DNA of 64,000 nt. It comes from Octopus vulgaris. Taxonomy: Eukaryota. The stretch lies in assembly GCA_951406725.2 (NCBI GenBank), contig OX597816.1, positions 151,032,001 to 151,096,000 of the forward strand, in the 5' to 3' direction. Position 1 is the stretch's first letter; every line of letters begins with the position of its first letter. The notes under the pieces are model-generated. The model saw only the letters and a program-made list of their open reading frames with translations, was not told the origin of the DNA and did not search any database. A program made the position numbers and the translations under genes. Positions 24,562-38,550 of this stretch are shown here, piece by piece.

Positions 24562-24807
24562 TTTCATTTCATTAGGCATGTCATTCAGAAAGTCTTATGG
24601 GTTGCCCATGACCGATGTGAATATTTTTCAGCTTGTACTAACTACAGCTTCTGCTAAGAAGGTTGCTGATCATATCACGTCAATTGTAGATCATTACATG
24701 GCTGTTATTGTGTTATTGCATTCCATTTGTGTGTGTTGTAGAAAACATAAACACATGTACACACATACAATCACACACTTATAGATCAATGTGTTAACCA
24801 TACTTAA

Positions 24808-24954
24808 AGCAGATATGTTGTTGAAAACCTGTTAAACTGAAATATATATCTGCTGCTGATATATTTCTGTGTTTTTTTAACACTATACATCTATAAAAAA
24901 TGCTTTGTTGAGATAAATACTGCAGTTTATCAGATTTTCAACAATATATCAGCT
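24808..24954. mobile_element. Small MITE-like inverted repeat (~43-bp arms)
   Basis: agcagatatgttgttgaaaacctgttaaactg / cagtttatcagattttcaacaatatatcagct. Confidence 0.55.
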
Positions 24955-25043
24955 ATAATTAGTATCGCTATATATATCAGCTATAATTAGTATTAGTATA
25001 TATAGAATCATTCAACTTTATGATTCAAACTCTGAGTCATAAA

Positions 25044-25130
<87 letters not shown>

Positions 25131-25134
<4 letters not shown>

Positions 25135-25302
25135 ACTATTTATTAAAATTTTATGTATTGATTAAGTCTTTCCTTGTTTGTTTTGCAAAATAGTGGTTTT
25201 GTCTCTAATAATATTTTATAATATTTTACTATAAAATTGGATTTAATCCTAAATCTGATTTTTTTCCCTGTAATTTTGGATTTATTCCCTAATATTTATT
25301 AT
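25131..25302 (+). mobile_element. 3' fragment of the 8405-8915 element family, embedded in (TA)n
   Basis: Shares ataatattttactataaaattggatt.aatcctaaatctgatttttccctgtaa.tttggatttattccctaatatt. Confidence 0.8.
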
Positions 25303-25324
25303 GTATATATATATATATATATAT

Positions 25325-25440
<116 letters not shown>

Positions 25441-26429
25441 GTATATATATATTGCTATTTCGAACTAATACTACTTGGTGTGCTAATAACAAACATATAC
25501 TTATGTATATATGCATATATACAAGTGTGTGTGTGTGTATATATGTGTGTGTGAGTGTGTGTATGTTTGTGTCTCCTTGTTTTGACATCATGTGATAGTT
25601 GTGAGTGTCACTGTCATACAAGCAGGCAGTGCAATTCATTTTTAATATTATGCAAAATAACATCTAACCATATGGAAATATCTTTCTTGGAGACAGATGA
25701 TGATTGGTGACAAGGAGGGCATCTGACTGTAAAAAATAAGCCTCAATATATTCCATTTGATCCTTGCTAGCTTTGAAAATTGGACAATAAAATGATGACG
25801 ATGATGATGTTTTTCTATAAGTGGAGATGCTCACCATGTCAAGCTTACCTTTATTTTGACATAGTATTATAGATATATATAAAAAGGCATGTAAATACTA
25901 TGCTTCTTGAATATATTCCATTTCAGAACTGTTGATATAGGTTTTTAAGACCAATTTTCCTCCAGAATAGTTGTTCTGGTATAGCAGAAGGACAAAAAAG
26001 TAAATATGTTACAATATTTTTCCATAAAATATTTCAAACTTCAACATTCTCTGTATTTCGTCTTTTAGCTGTCAGTGATCTGATTTTCAAGTCATTTGCA
26101 ATCAGCTTTCTAGCATTTAGCCTTCTCCCATTCAACTTTATGATTCAAACCCTGAGTCATAAATACATATATATATATATATGTGTGTGTGTGTGTATGT
26201 ATATATGAAATTATTTTCAGGATCCAATAGAATTGAAGTATTTTAATAACAAAGACACCAAGGTAGAGTTGAGGATAGCATACCTGTGTATAAAGAATGC
26301 ACAGATAAGTCTTTCCAGTTAAGTATACATCCACAAGTATAGACCAAATACACCCAACATATACATAAAATTAAGAGGTCCAGGAGAGGCTACTTTTCTT
26401 GTCAATACTATTGTTATTCTCTAGCTTAT

Positions 26430-26990
26430 GGGGTATGTACCCATGCACTGCATTTTGTTGGTATGATGCCTGCTTTTCCCCCAAGCTTCCACTTAGGTAG
26501 GCCAGTCCAGCCTCCTTTGGGTCACATGAGACAGTTGTATTCTCAGAGTACCTGCTCAGTAGTTCTTCAACTCTCTAAGATGTTGTTGCTTTCACTTCTG
26601 AGTATTCATGGAATGTACTCATTTCCTTCTTTACTGTTCAGCAAATATTGTTTGACTGATGCAATGCAACATTCAAAGGCTGTCTGGTCTGACCTTCTGC
26701 CTCTACTACCATCACTTCATCACACATAGATCCTATCAGTATCACTGTTGATATGGAAGTTGCCATTGGTGGTCAGTACCTTTTTAATTTTGATGTCCAG
26801 ACTGAGGATCCCATTAAATGTCCAGTTCAATATCCCAAATGTTAATACTAGCACTAGCACTGTAAAAACATTGAGATATGGTCTTGTTAACTGCAGACAG
26901 CTTTGAGTTCCATATTTTCCAGAGTCTATAGAAGTACTCTTTTTCTATTCTGGCTTTAGTCACAGAACCAATGTATGTAACACACTCATC
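26430..26990 (-). mobile_element. R4/Dong-clade LINE fragment
   Basis: KEYFYRLWKIWNSKLSAVNKT..FGILNW..LDIKIKKVLTTNGNFHINSDTDRIYV..SDGSRG, with frameshift and stops. Confidence 0.7.
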
Positions 26991-27454
26991 AATTTTTAGA
27001 TACTTATTGTTTTTATAATTACAGACAAGGGAGACATGCATGAATGTATGCATGTATGTATGTATGTATGTATGTATGTATGTATGTATGTATGTATGTA
27101 TGTATGTATGTTTGTATGTATGTATGTATGTATGTATGGATGGATGGATGGATGGTTGTAGGTATGCATGGATGTACATACATGCATTTACATTCACATA
27201 CACACATGCTTTCATGTACATGTGCATGCAAGCACACAAAAGTGTGCATAAGTCTATGTATACATTTGCATATACATACATATGTGTATAGAGCAACAAG
27301 ACACAGAAGGGTCCCACAAGGCCTATCTTTGTCCTGCTGCTATCCATATATATGTATATGCATTTATATAAACAAAGTATTATTCACTTAAAATGGTCAA
27401 CGTCTAATTAAAAATTGAACAATGCCCAACTTGTTGAAAATTCCAAAAGAATGA

Positions 27455-27491
<37 letters not shown>

Positions 27492-27828
27492 TTCATCAGT
27501 TACCATCTGTAACAAACATGCTTATTTCTGCTTTCACTCCTCCATGTGGAAAAACAGTATCTTGTGAATGCAAACTATAGATACCAGCTGGTAATGTAGG
27601 GGGCTGGATATAAAGGCATCAGTGAAAGAATCTACAAAAATAAATGAGCTTATATATAATCAAATAAATACTGCTAAACCTCTTAAGTGCTCAACTTGAA
27701 ATATAATTTGTGGAGATAATTCGATAAATGGCAATTAGACACACATGGGAGGGAGCATGGAAAGCATCTTAACTTACTTATTCATGCATTTAACATAGCC
27801 AACAAGTAATTAAAAATTTGATAGGGTT

Positions 27829-28680
27829 CATCATCATTTAATGCTGTCTTCCATGTTGGTATGGACTGGACAGTTTGATGGTAGCTGGCAAGCCTGAGGA
27901 CTGCACCAACCCCCCACCATCTGCTTTGGCATTTTGCAGCTGGATGCCCTTCCTAATGCCAATCATTTTACAGAGTGTACTAGGTGCTTTTTACATAGCA
28001 CCAATACCAGCAAGGTTTGCTTTGGCATAGCTTTTATGATTGGATCCCCTTCCCAATGCCAACCCCTTTACAGAGTTGATTGAGTGCTTTTTACTTAGCA
28101 CCAGCACCAGTGAGGTCACTAAATAGCTTGCAAGACAAAGATCCTTTGAGAGGTGGGGTGGTATTAAAGGAGGTGGCTTTGTTCCAAATAATGAGAAGTT
28201 AGATTATGACAGAGGGACAGAAACAGGCACCTTGCTGTAGAAGAAGTACATGGTTACCTCAGTTAGAGGGAGAGAGAAAAAGAGAGAGACAGACAGACAG
28301 ACAGAGAAATAGTAGTTATGAGCCAGGGTATACTCTCAAGGTACAAGGATGTGAATATTAATGAAATGGTAGAAGATTGCCCAGGGAGTTTATGAGAATG
28401 CCAAAAGATGGGGAAAGGAGGAGAATGCAGTAACCGGTAAAACCTGGGTAAAGGGAAAACAGCAGAATAACAATGGTACTGTTGGCAGGGCGAGAGGACA
28501 GGATTGGGGTCCAGGAATGGGGAGGGAGAGATAAGCATAGTGCATGAAGAAGAGGAGATGAGAGAAAGAGGAAAAGAGGAAAAGAGGTGAGGTTGTTTGG
28601 TTTATGAAAATAGGGTGAAATTAATGTACATATGGTTGAAACATAGTGCTTCTAGGACTCAGTTTTTGCTGAGGTGGATG
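27829..28680 (-). mobile_element. RTE-type tail plus GA-rich (+ strand) body
   Basis: Homologous to 10874-12060. Confidence 0.6.
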
Positions 28681-28699
28681 GGGCTTCTCAAGAACTTCA

Positions 28700-28915
28700 A
28701 ATCACCAGATATCTCAGTCCATTGTCATCTCCTCTGTGAAGCCCAACATCTTGAGATCAGCCCTCACTACTTCATCCTATGTTTTCTTGGGTCTCCCTTT
28801 TTCACAGGTGACATCCACTTAAGCAATCAGTACTTCATACAGCTGTCTTCAATCATACACATTACATGTCCAAACCAACGTAGTCTTATCTCTTGCATGC
28901 TACATCTTATGACCA
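28700..28915 (-). mobile_element. RTE LINE ORF fragment
   Basis: Similar to 15040-15210 (ctctgtga.gcccaacat...cttcatcc.atgt.ttc.tgggtct). Confidence 0.6.
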
Positions 28916-29142
28916 GACCAAATGTGAAAGAAATGAATTTCAGATATACCATACACAGAAAATGTGTATATTTTCTTCATCAGTTACTTTCTGCAACAAG
29001 CAGAAAGATAGTGTCGCATGAAGTCAAATTATAATAGATGTTAGTCATGTCGGATGCAATAAAATAAAAACAAAAACTCAACCTAGATGGAATGTGCAAA
29101 ACTGAACAGGCTTATATGTTAACATGTAGTTGTATAGGTATA

Positions 29143-29431
29143 TCATCATCATCATCATCATTTAAAGTCTGTTTTCCATGCTAGCATGAGTTGGAAGGCT
29201 TGAAAGGGGCTGGCAAGCCAGAGGACTGTACCAAACACCACTGTCTCTTTTGGTATGGTTTTTTTTTTATGGCTGGATGCTCTTCCTAATGCCAATTACT
29301 TTACAGAATGTATTGGGTGCTTTTCATGTGGCAATCAGCCCTGGTAAGATCTGTTTTGGCAGATTTTTATGGTTGGATCCCCATCCTAATGACAACCACT
29401 TTACAGAGTGGGCTAGGTGCTTTTTATGTGG

Positions 29432-29435
<4 letters not shown>
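29143..29435 (-). mobile_element. RTE-type 3' tail repeat
   Basis: (CAT)n-ttaaagtctgttttccatgctagcatg...ggctggatgc.cttcctaatgcca. Confidence 0.7.
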
Positions 29436-29520
<85 letters not shown>

Positions 29521-30649
29521 ATACACACATATATATATCATCATCATCAACATTGTTTAACATCTGCCTCCCATGCCAGCATATGTGTGTGTGTGTAAAC
29601 ATTAGTTGTGCAAGGGTGCATATATGTCTGTGTATGTGCAGGTGTGTGCATAACAAAACTATGCAAACAATGCAAAAACATGTACAATAAAGTCAACAAC
29701 ATGCCCTCTTTGACTAAAAACAGCCAGTACAAGATACAGGCAACTTATGTTTCAAATAATTATTTACATTGATATGTTAACCTATCATATTGGAATTCAT
29801 TACAAGCTTCTTAATAGAATTCTCTTTTAGAATATTTCATAGGAATATTTACAAAGAACTTTATTATAGATTTTCACCTTACCAACAGATGTTGTTCTAC
29901 AGAAATTATTACAAATTTTTATTCTTGTTTCAACAATGTTAAATGTCCATATGTGAAATCAGTCATCCTTGTCAGGTTTAACAGCATAAACCAAACAGAT
30001 CTAATCCATAGTTATACTGAAAAAGCTTCATTAACCATAAAATCAGTTGCCTGAGGATCAGGTAGGAGAAACTCCAGGTGGTGACTCACTGAGATTCAAC
30101 TTTGATTAAATATTATCCTCTCTATCTAACATTAAGAGTATTTTCTTTTGCTTAAATGTATTTCAAACCAATATGATACCACCAACTGTTACACACACAC
30201 ACGTGCGCATACGTACATACATACATGCAAGCATGCCTGCATGCACGTACGCATATATGCATGCATGCTACACGCGTATAGGACCCATGCAGACTCAGCT
30301 TTGAATAAATAATGTTATTCCATTCTAAATAACAATATTGATACCGGTGTGAAATCATGATCATCCATATGTACATATATCCATACGCATATACATACAT
30401 ATAAATGTATGCATGTAACTATGTATATCAGTGTAGTTATGTATTTGTGTTTGTCTGCAACTGAGTGCGTGAAAATATTTTTTCGCACTCAAGAGAATTA
30501 TCACGTATTTCAAAACGTTCTATTTTATGCACTCGTTCTATAATTACCCGTAAAACGTTATGAAACGGAGTAACTTCCCCTGTGTTGTCCCCTCGTGTGT
30601 AGTGAGTACCGAAGTGATTTGTATGGGCGTGACCTCCTCCTACTTCAGT

Positions 30650-31056
30650 GTGTCTTTAGAGTGGGAACAATACAGAAAGAACCAGGACGTCGGTAGGCGC
30701 TTAGACAGCCGTGGTGGGACTTAGAAATTACGAGTACATTCCACACTGTGGTGCTTAGTTGTTCATTCGTTAATTGAGTGTAATTAGTGTGTGTATGTGT
30801 GTTCTTTTTTTCTCTCCCCCAACTGGGCCAAGTCAATCAGCATTAGCTCTAGAATAGCTTGGCTGACTAAGGTTTACATGGAGTCAAGGTAGCAGCAGGA
30901 TCGTGACGGTGGCAGCAGTGGACGTTACAAGAGATTGGCGCTTGATTCCAGTAAATAATGTGTTCCTTCTAACATTGGGTAGATTTAAGGAACAGAAAGA
31001 AAAAAATTGAAATCAAAACTGGAGCGGGAAAAGTAAAAAGCTACACTAGAACATTC
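30650..31056 (+). other. Probable non-coding first exon of Ras (start uncertain)
   Basis: GC/CpG-richer segment ending at donor TTC|GTAAGT (31057-31062), upstream of the acceptor at 31782-31783. Confidence 0.45.
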
Positions 31057-31783
31057 GTAAGTAAATAGTATTTTTCAGTTTCTCCTTTAAGATTGTTAAA
31101 TCACCTCTCCGCTTTCTTCATCTCTTTGCTTTATAGACATACTTTTTATTTACAGATAGTATTTATATTACTGAATTGTTTGCAGATGGATGTTGTAGTT
31201 TTAGCTTTACACAAACACTTTTAAAAGAAGTTCGATCTGTTTACACCTGAAATAATATTCAAATTTACCTTTTCTTACTACTCAAGTGTTAGTGTACGGA
31301 AGAAAGGTGGAAAATACGCTTTGCTATAATGACACATTTTTCTGTTATTTTTTTGAAAGCAAAATTACTATATTGGTTTATACTTCCTACCGTTGTTTGC
31401 TAGTTATTGCTTCGTCAGACAATCATATTGCTTGACACCACAACATGGACTACTAAAACTGAACCATCTTCACATTACAATTTAAATTTCACACCCCGAC
31501 TCACGCTTCACCTCCCTACCAAACTTAAAACTCGCTGCTTTCTTTCCACGAGTTGGCGGGTTTTATCCAAAGGTTTGTTTGCGTGTATCTGATGTTTTTT
31601 CCTTAAAACAAATCAGGAATAGAAAATTTAAAATTAAAAAAATTAAGAACGACGAGTAAAGATTTAGATTTACCCTTGCACTGATTTTGTGTCGCGATAG
31701 CCAATTAAAAAATTCTTTTTGTTTGCATTCATATTCATATAGTGTAATACTGATTTTTTTTTTCTTTCTTTCTATTTTCGAAG

Positions 31784-31911
31784 GAGTACACGATTGAAGA
31801 AGTCACTAAAAAAAAAAAGGATTATATATTTATAGTAAATATATTTTATTTGCATATTGAGAGAATTATCTCCCTGAAAGTGTTAAGAACGTTGGAAGCT
31901 ACGACTGCCTG
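31784..31911 (+). other. 5' UTR part of the first coding exon of Ras
   Basis: Branch-like CTGAT, a ~27-nt polypyrimidine tract, then AG at 31782-31783; no ATG before 31912. Confidence 0.65.
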
Positions 31912-31942
31912 ATGACTGAATATAAGTTGGTTGTGGTTGGAG
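31912..31942 (+). CDS. Ras: Ras small GTPase (KRAS/HRAS/NRAS-type), first coding exon, codons 1-10 plus 1 nt
   Basis: ATG ACT GAA TAT AAG TTG GTT GTG GTT GGA G|GTAAGT = MTEYKLVVVG, the invariant Ras N-terminus, with a consensus donor; the G fits Ala11. Confidence 0.9.
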
Positions 31943-34900
31943 GTAAGTGGAATTCAAAACTTGTCTAATAAAATCATATTTCCGTGTGTACACATGTATC
32001 TGAACAGGGCGTTGGTCTCGAGTTGTTTATAGTTCATGACTGACCTGTCTAGCTGCCATATGAGCACGCGAACTAAATTTTATATAGTCGATCAAGATGC
32101 ATTCACTGACTCATTGTAATAAGTCTTCATGTGTAATTTACCCGAGGTTGACACATACATGCACCTGCTATAAAGTGATAGAATCTCCCTCTCCTTAAAA
32201 AGCTGGGATTATTTCCTACTTGAGACAGTTGGGCGATTATGCAAATTTTATTAACTGATGTCATTACCTTGTTTAGTTCAGATATTTCGCATGATACACT
32301 TTTTTAAAACTTACATTTGATATTTTTAAATGATGCCTGTATTCTTTAATTTCTATAACCACAAGTTCTTAAAAGCATGTCCCAACAGTCAATATGGCAT
32401 AGAAATTTTTTTTAATGTTTCGATATTATGTAAACCTGTTGGCAGTTTAGTGGGAAATAATGTTGTGTAATTATTATGGTGTCATTTCTCCTGGTTTAAT
32501 GACTGTAGGATGTGCAGGGTAGTTAGTAATGAAACTACCACCCCGCCACTACAATCATCAATCTGCTGCTGTGTTTTCGTCGATTTTTATTAAATTACAA
32601 AGCAGCATCTTGTGCTGACTTTATCTCTACTGTCTGTACCCCCAACATCCCGTTCTCGTTTCATGCTTTTATTTATTGTTTTCTTCAAGTAATGTAGCCG
32701 CACCCCGGTTTCTTAATCGAGTAGTGTATGTGCTTTTAAATTCAATGGTTACGTTCACAGCTGGTTGCTGTGACTGAATTTGGACCGATTGTGTATGTTA
32801 AATTTGAACTATATTTGACCTCGGATCTCCGACTTAACTAACTTTTCTCTTAAACGATGTTTATTCTCACCATTGAAGTTAATGAAACTAATCTTTCATG
32901 CACGCCAGGATCTTTTATGCTTCATTGATTTGCCTCTGGTATGCAAATAACTTAAATGATTGTACGTTCTCTCACTTTGCTTGCTTCAACTGTAGTTGAA
33001 GGGATAAATTATATTTAGGAAGGACAAATTATTATATACGATTAACCGTCGTATTTTCGAAGCCTAGCAGTTACCACCAAAGAAAAAAAAAACCTTGTTT
33101 TCATCTGCCTTCTCCCAGTTACCCCCTCCCCCAATAAATTCTTTCTGCTGATACTATATGTAAATTGGTGAGTGGGAGGGATGGCTCTATCATTTATGTT
33201 GCCTATAGTTATTAGTTGGAGTTTAACTTAAACTGCTTTATTTATCCGCCTCTTTCTCCCTAGTCTCCTTGCTCGAAATAAACAATCAAATATTGGCAAA
33301 GATTGAGGGCATAGTCAATATATCTATTCCCATCCCTGCTATATTGCGCGCGTGCGCGTATTCGTTCAAAGCCGATGATTCACTCTGTCGCTAATCAGAG
33401 TTTCTCGTTATGACGAGCTTTCAAGTAACGAACTACTCGTACTCCCTTTTGTACATTTAAATGTGTGTGGTATATCGTTTTTCGACTATTCAGAAATGTT
33501 ATTTAAATTACTGAAGTCTTTCTCTCATAACTGTTAGAGGAAATGCTTTGGATAGATTAAATATTTGAAATAAAGGGTACAATACTGATATTTTGTAAAG
33601 GTGCAAGGTATTCATATTTATAAGATATGAGAATTGAGATGTGAGAGCAAATTATTCATTGCCCAAAAGCGTTCGAGTCGTAAGTAAAGGTGAATAGCCA
33701 GGTTGCCGGGTAGAAAACGTGGGATTGAACAGATGAATTGTTCTCGTAAATTGTGTGTGTGCGTATATATATATATATATATATGCACACACACATGGTA
33801 TGTAAGGGTGAGGCAGAAATGGAGAGCTGAATTGAATACCGTAGAGTATTTTATTTTGTTCAAAGTTCTGATGCTTGCGACTAACAATCATCCTTCTATC
33901 ATCAATAGGCGATCTTAAGATCGCCCATCAATAAAATAGATACCAGTCCTGGCCTTGGGTCGATCCAGTCCCTTTAAGATCTGACTTTATATCTCAGTGC
34001 TAAGCTTATATGAGAAATATTTTGAATGGTTGTTTGTCTGTAACTACCTGTTTACTAATTACCTCTACTTCATAATCAGCTGGTGGGGCAATGTCATGGG
34101 GATTTCTGATTTTTAAATTGTTTGTTTTTGCTGGCAGTTTGAAGTGATAAGAAACATTTCATTTTGCTCCTACTTTTTAAATTGAATATTTGCTCTATAA
34201 TATGACTGTCGACGAGCAGTTGAGTGTACAGGTGTTTTTCCCATCTTAAATTACTATAACGGCAGGTGCGCATATATCTGCCGTTGCTTTGGTCTCTGTT
34301 GTCTATGTAGTTCGTGTGTGTATGTGCGCGCGCGCGCGTACACACTGTAGTACATTCGCACTGCACACATATTTTCGCTCTGATTTATACACGCATAAAC
34401 ATGTTCCCGCATTCATACATAAATATGTATATTGTACACACTCATTTTGTTAGCTGTTAGGGGTCATGTATCAAACGAGTAGTGTTGGTGATAGTAGTAG
34501 TGGGAATTCGGTTTTCACTAGCTGCTTAGTTTTGTTAGTTACACAACACTTTCTATAGAAACACATTTTAATGACAATCTTTACTTGTATTTTATTTTAT
34601 TCTATAAATTGATCTGCATTTCATTTTTTTTAGTTTATATCTAGTTTTCTGACAGGGAACTCATTAAAAACCTTTTTATTCCGCTTAGTTTTATCTAACT
34701 TCTATACACGCCCTTGGCAACAACTTTTAAAATGCTTTACTGTTAATACTTCTCTCTCCTCTATAATTGCCTTGAACAAAATCGCATACTATATGTATAT
34801 TTATATGAAAGATATGTATATATATATGAGAGAAAGAGAGAAGCAGAAACTCCACCCATGGTAGGATCACATTGGTGTGGAATGCAATTAAGCGAAAGAA

Positions 34901-37900
34901 AATACTCAACGTTATTTGTTAGTGTAGGATGTTTATTCAAAGCTGAGTCATTACTCGGAGTTTCTCGTTCACAGTGTGAGATAAGTGACTTAGGTCAAAA
35001 CGAGTATAGATTTCTCTCAGGTTACAATTATAATTCACTGCCATCCCCAAATAACTTTATTATTTGCTGGCACTATATATTAGCAGCAGTACGGGGAAAC
35101 GATTTTTAAGGATTAAATCCTTATATTTGTTTTATTGCTTTTTCTCATTTTTCTGTTGATCTGAGTAGGTCTGCCTTCAAAAAATTTAATAAGAGAGACA
35201 GGATTTTGTTTAATAATGACATATTTATCTAATGTTTAGAATGCTATAGAATGTCAGCTCTCGGCATGCTAAGCCCAGCCGTGAACCGGTTTCGATTTCC
35301 GGTTATGGCCATTTCGTCTTATTTTGTATCATGAATATCCTAAATGCTACACATATTGTGTCCGTTTTCCCCTCTTAAAAAATACCAAAGCTCTGTGTCG
35401 TATAAAAATTCTATATTCCGGGTACTGTTTAATCCCCACCCTATAAGCTGTATAATAGTGTAGCTTCTACTCCTTAAAAAAATTGTTCTGTTCATATACC
35501 ATTTAAATACAAACTAAATTCTTTTCCCCCGAACGAGTATGTTACTACATACACACTATTACACGGTAATGTTTAATATATGTCTACATTTACATTACAT
35601 TCTGTTTGCGTGTACGTTGAGTTCATGAACTTCAACTTTCCTACTCATTATTTTGACTTTTTTAATAGCCATCCTCTCTAATTCGACCGGGTATTGAAGA
35701 CGGTCGCCAATACTTAACAACTTCCAGTGATTTTTCTACGTTTATCACATTATGACAATGTTCTTTCAATCTGGATATAAATATTATATTAGATCTTAAC
35801 AGCTCGATTATTATGTGCATATATTCATATGAACAGATGCTGTTAATATTCGCACGCGTTCAATGTTTGGATTTGTGCCAATATTTAGTAAAAATTTTAG
35901 TATATTTTTGTCTACAGCTATAATATATCATTGTGTTATCGTTATTTTTAGATATTTCATCACATTATATGTGCAATATTACTCAAAATAATAGTCCTTA
36001 TGGTTGAGTTTTCATGAACAGTAGCAAGGAAATTGTCATGGATTCTCCCCCTCCCTCTGTACACATTTTACTTTGCTCGAGGAGAGGGAAATGGTTGTCG
36101 TTATAAAATACTGCTTGTTGGTTGGCTTTGTATATATTTTTAACGGATTTCGTGAACTGAGTTCAAACAGTGTGGTATATTTCAAACCTTAGTTTCTTTA
36201 CACCTCCCAGCTATTTGTTCTCTTTTATCATCTTTTATCACACATGCTTACTCCCCCGCCCTGTTACACTCTAATAATACTGTTCTGAACTTTTTTTCAC
36301 TATTGGGATGTCCTAGTTTTGATTTCCTCTTTTTCTTTATTCCAGTATGATATCCTTTAAAATATTTCTTTCGTTCTTCCTGTACATGTTGCGTCATCTG
36401 AAGTCCTTCCTTTTGTTTTCTTTACATGTCTCAAGTCGACCAATATTTGCACGTGTTGTGGAATATGTTCACAACTATTATATCATCTAAATAACCTTCT
36501 TTCTCAATTACATTGTTAACCCAACGACCGCCTGCTTCTTGGCACTTGGCGTTTGAATTAGTATCTCTTTCATCCATGTTCTTTGTTTTTAAACATTATA
36601 TATGTGTATGCATGTTAGACGTCTTCCTGTCAGCTTGCTAATTTTTTTCACTATTTTCCTTGAGATATTGGAATATGAAAGTTAAACTGAATAAAACATT
36701 GGAATTTCCTTCTTGTGGCATAGCAACATTGCCTGTCAAGTATATATAATTAGATACTCTTTCAGATAAAAGTGGGCTTGAACTTGTGAAACCATTCATT
36801 AATTTATAGAATCCATCAAGGTTTTTTTTTTTAAGAGCTACAAACAAACATAACTTTAAAATGAAGACTAAAGCATTTTACATCCTATATCAGCTTATAT
36901 AAACAATGTTTGGTCTGACAAAAAACAAAAAATATCTTCACTCTCCTTTAATGTGTGAAATTTTTTAAAGTTGTCTGTACATTCTTCTTCATTGCTATAT
37001 TTTTTTTCTCTAAAAACCATTCTTTATTACATGCATTTAAGAAATATTTTATATTTATGTTCCAAGACAGTTTTTCAAATCGCATGCTTTTGAAATTTTT
37101 TACCTTATCTTTCTCATATCTTAAATAATTTTTCTATAAACTCCAACTCAGACAAGAATTCTATTGAGATTTCCTCTAAGACAGTTAAATTTTTCTTCAC
37201 AATTCAACCTTGCAATTACTACAATTGTGTGAGCATCCTGGATTTGCTGTATGCTAACAGGAAATAGCATTTGTGATCTTCTTTCAGTCGGAATCATTTT
37301 CACTTCACTTTTTTCTCCTAATTAATATACATTTGGGGAAAAAACATGAAGATTCTGTTCTAGAAGTCTTTGACTTCAGTCAGCTACATAGGAAAAACAG
37401 TGCAGAACTACTCCAGTGAATTCTCCAAGTGACCTAATGGACAATGTCATGCAATAGATAAGTTATATCTGTAAATGGCTATTTTAGAAGAGACTTCTTA
37501 TAATTAGAAAGTGATGTTTGACCATGCTTAAGAACTGAAACCCTAAATAATCTCTTAATTGCATACTTAGAAATTGGCTGCAGCTAAGCCATTTTCATGT
37601 TTGCTTCCACATTGCTTTAAAGCATCAACATATCTTAGAATATTTCCTTTTCTGTTATTTCACTAACTATATATGAATGGTCAGAAATCTTAAATGTAAT
37701 AGTTATATTTAAAGTATTTCATTACTTGCACCTTTGATTATCTATTCTGTTCTAATTTATAATTAACCTTCAAACTCTTTCAAACCACATTTCAATTACT
37801 GTCTGTATCAAGTTACAGCAAATGACAAAAAAAATCTATTTATAATTTTGATTTTTAATTCTCTCAATTTTGAGCTTGTTAAAAAGTTAATTTTAACAAA

Positions 37901-38035
37901 CTTCTCTTTAATCGTTACTGATATTTTCATGTATACTGATTCAGTTGAGTCTTTTTAGGTTTCTTTAACCGAAGGATCTGTATGTTTGCTATTGTGTAGT
38001 ATTTAGGACTATTTCTCCTTCATAGTCTTTATAAG

Positions 38036-38550
38036 GAACAGGTGTGGCTGTGTAGTAAGAAGTTAGCTTTCCAATCTCATGGTTTCAGGTTTTACTATAT
38101 CCTTGCATCAACCAAAGCCTTGTGAATGGGTTTAAGAGACAGAAACTGAAAGAAGCTCATCAGTTGCATCAAGAGGTGCCATTCTCTAATTGTAAAGGGA
38201 ACATGTGGGATGGAGTGGTGAAAAAGGATCTACAGGACTGAGACTCCTGACAGTTTGCTTTGCTTGAAAAGACACATCAAGCTAAGTAAAAAGCATGGTT
38301 GCTCCTGCACACAGACTTGTCCCTTGCAACCCTCTCCTGCTGAGCATCCCTAATCTTGCAGGCTCGTAGGTGTTGGTGCTGTGCAAAAGCACCCAGTATA
38401 CTCTGTAAAGTGGAGTTAGGAAGGGCACCCAGCTGAAGAAACCATGCCCAAACAGACATGGAGCCTGAACAGCCCTTCAGCTGGTCAGCTCCTGTCAAAC
38501 CATCCAACCCATGCCAGCATGGAAAATGGATGTTAAATGATGGTGATGAT
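38036..38550 (+). mobile_element. SINE head followed by an RTE 3' end
   Basis: ggtgtggctgtgtagtaagaag...gaaactgaaagaagc, then an RTE C-terminal remnant, 3' UTR and ttaaatgatggtgatgat. Confidence 0.7.

Larger units (their letters stand above)
30180..36620. promoter_or_regulatory. CpG-retaining, repeat-poor domain covering the Ras promoter and proximal intron
   Basis: Frequent CG dinucleotides (e.g. gcgcgcgtgcgcg near 33346 and a gcgc run near 34326) against strong CpG depletion on both sides; estimated by eye. Confidence 0.65.

Noticed and set aside
34078-34095. cag|ctggtggggca as a candidate next Ras exon
   Set aside because: Translates AGGAMS, not AGGVGKS; no polypyrimidine tract.
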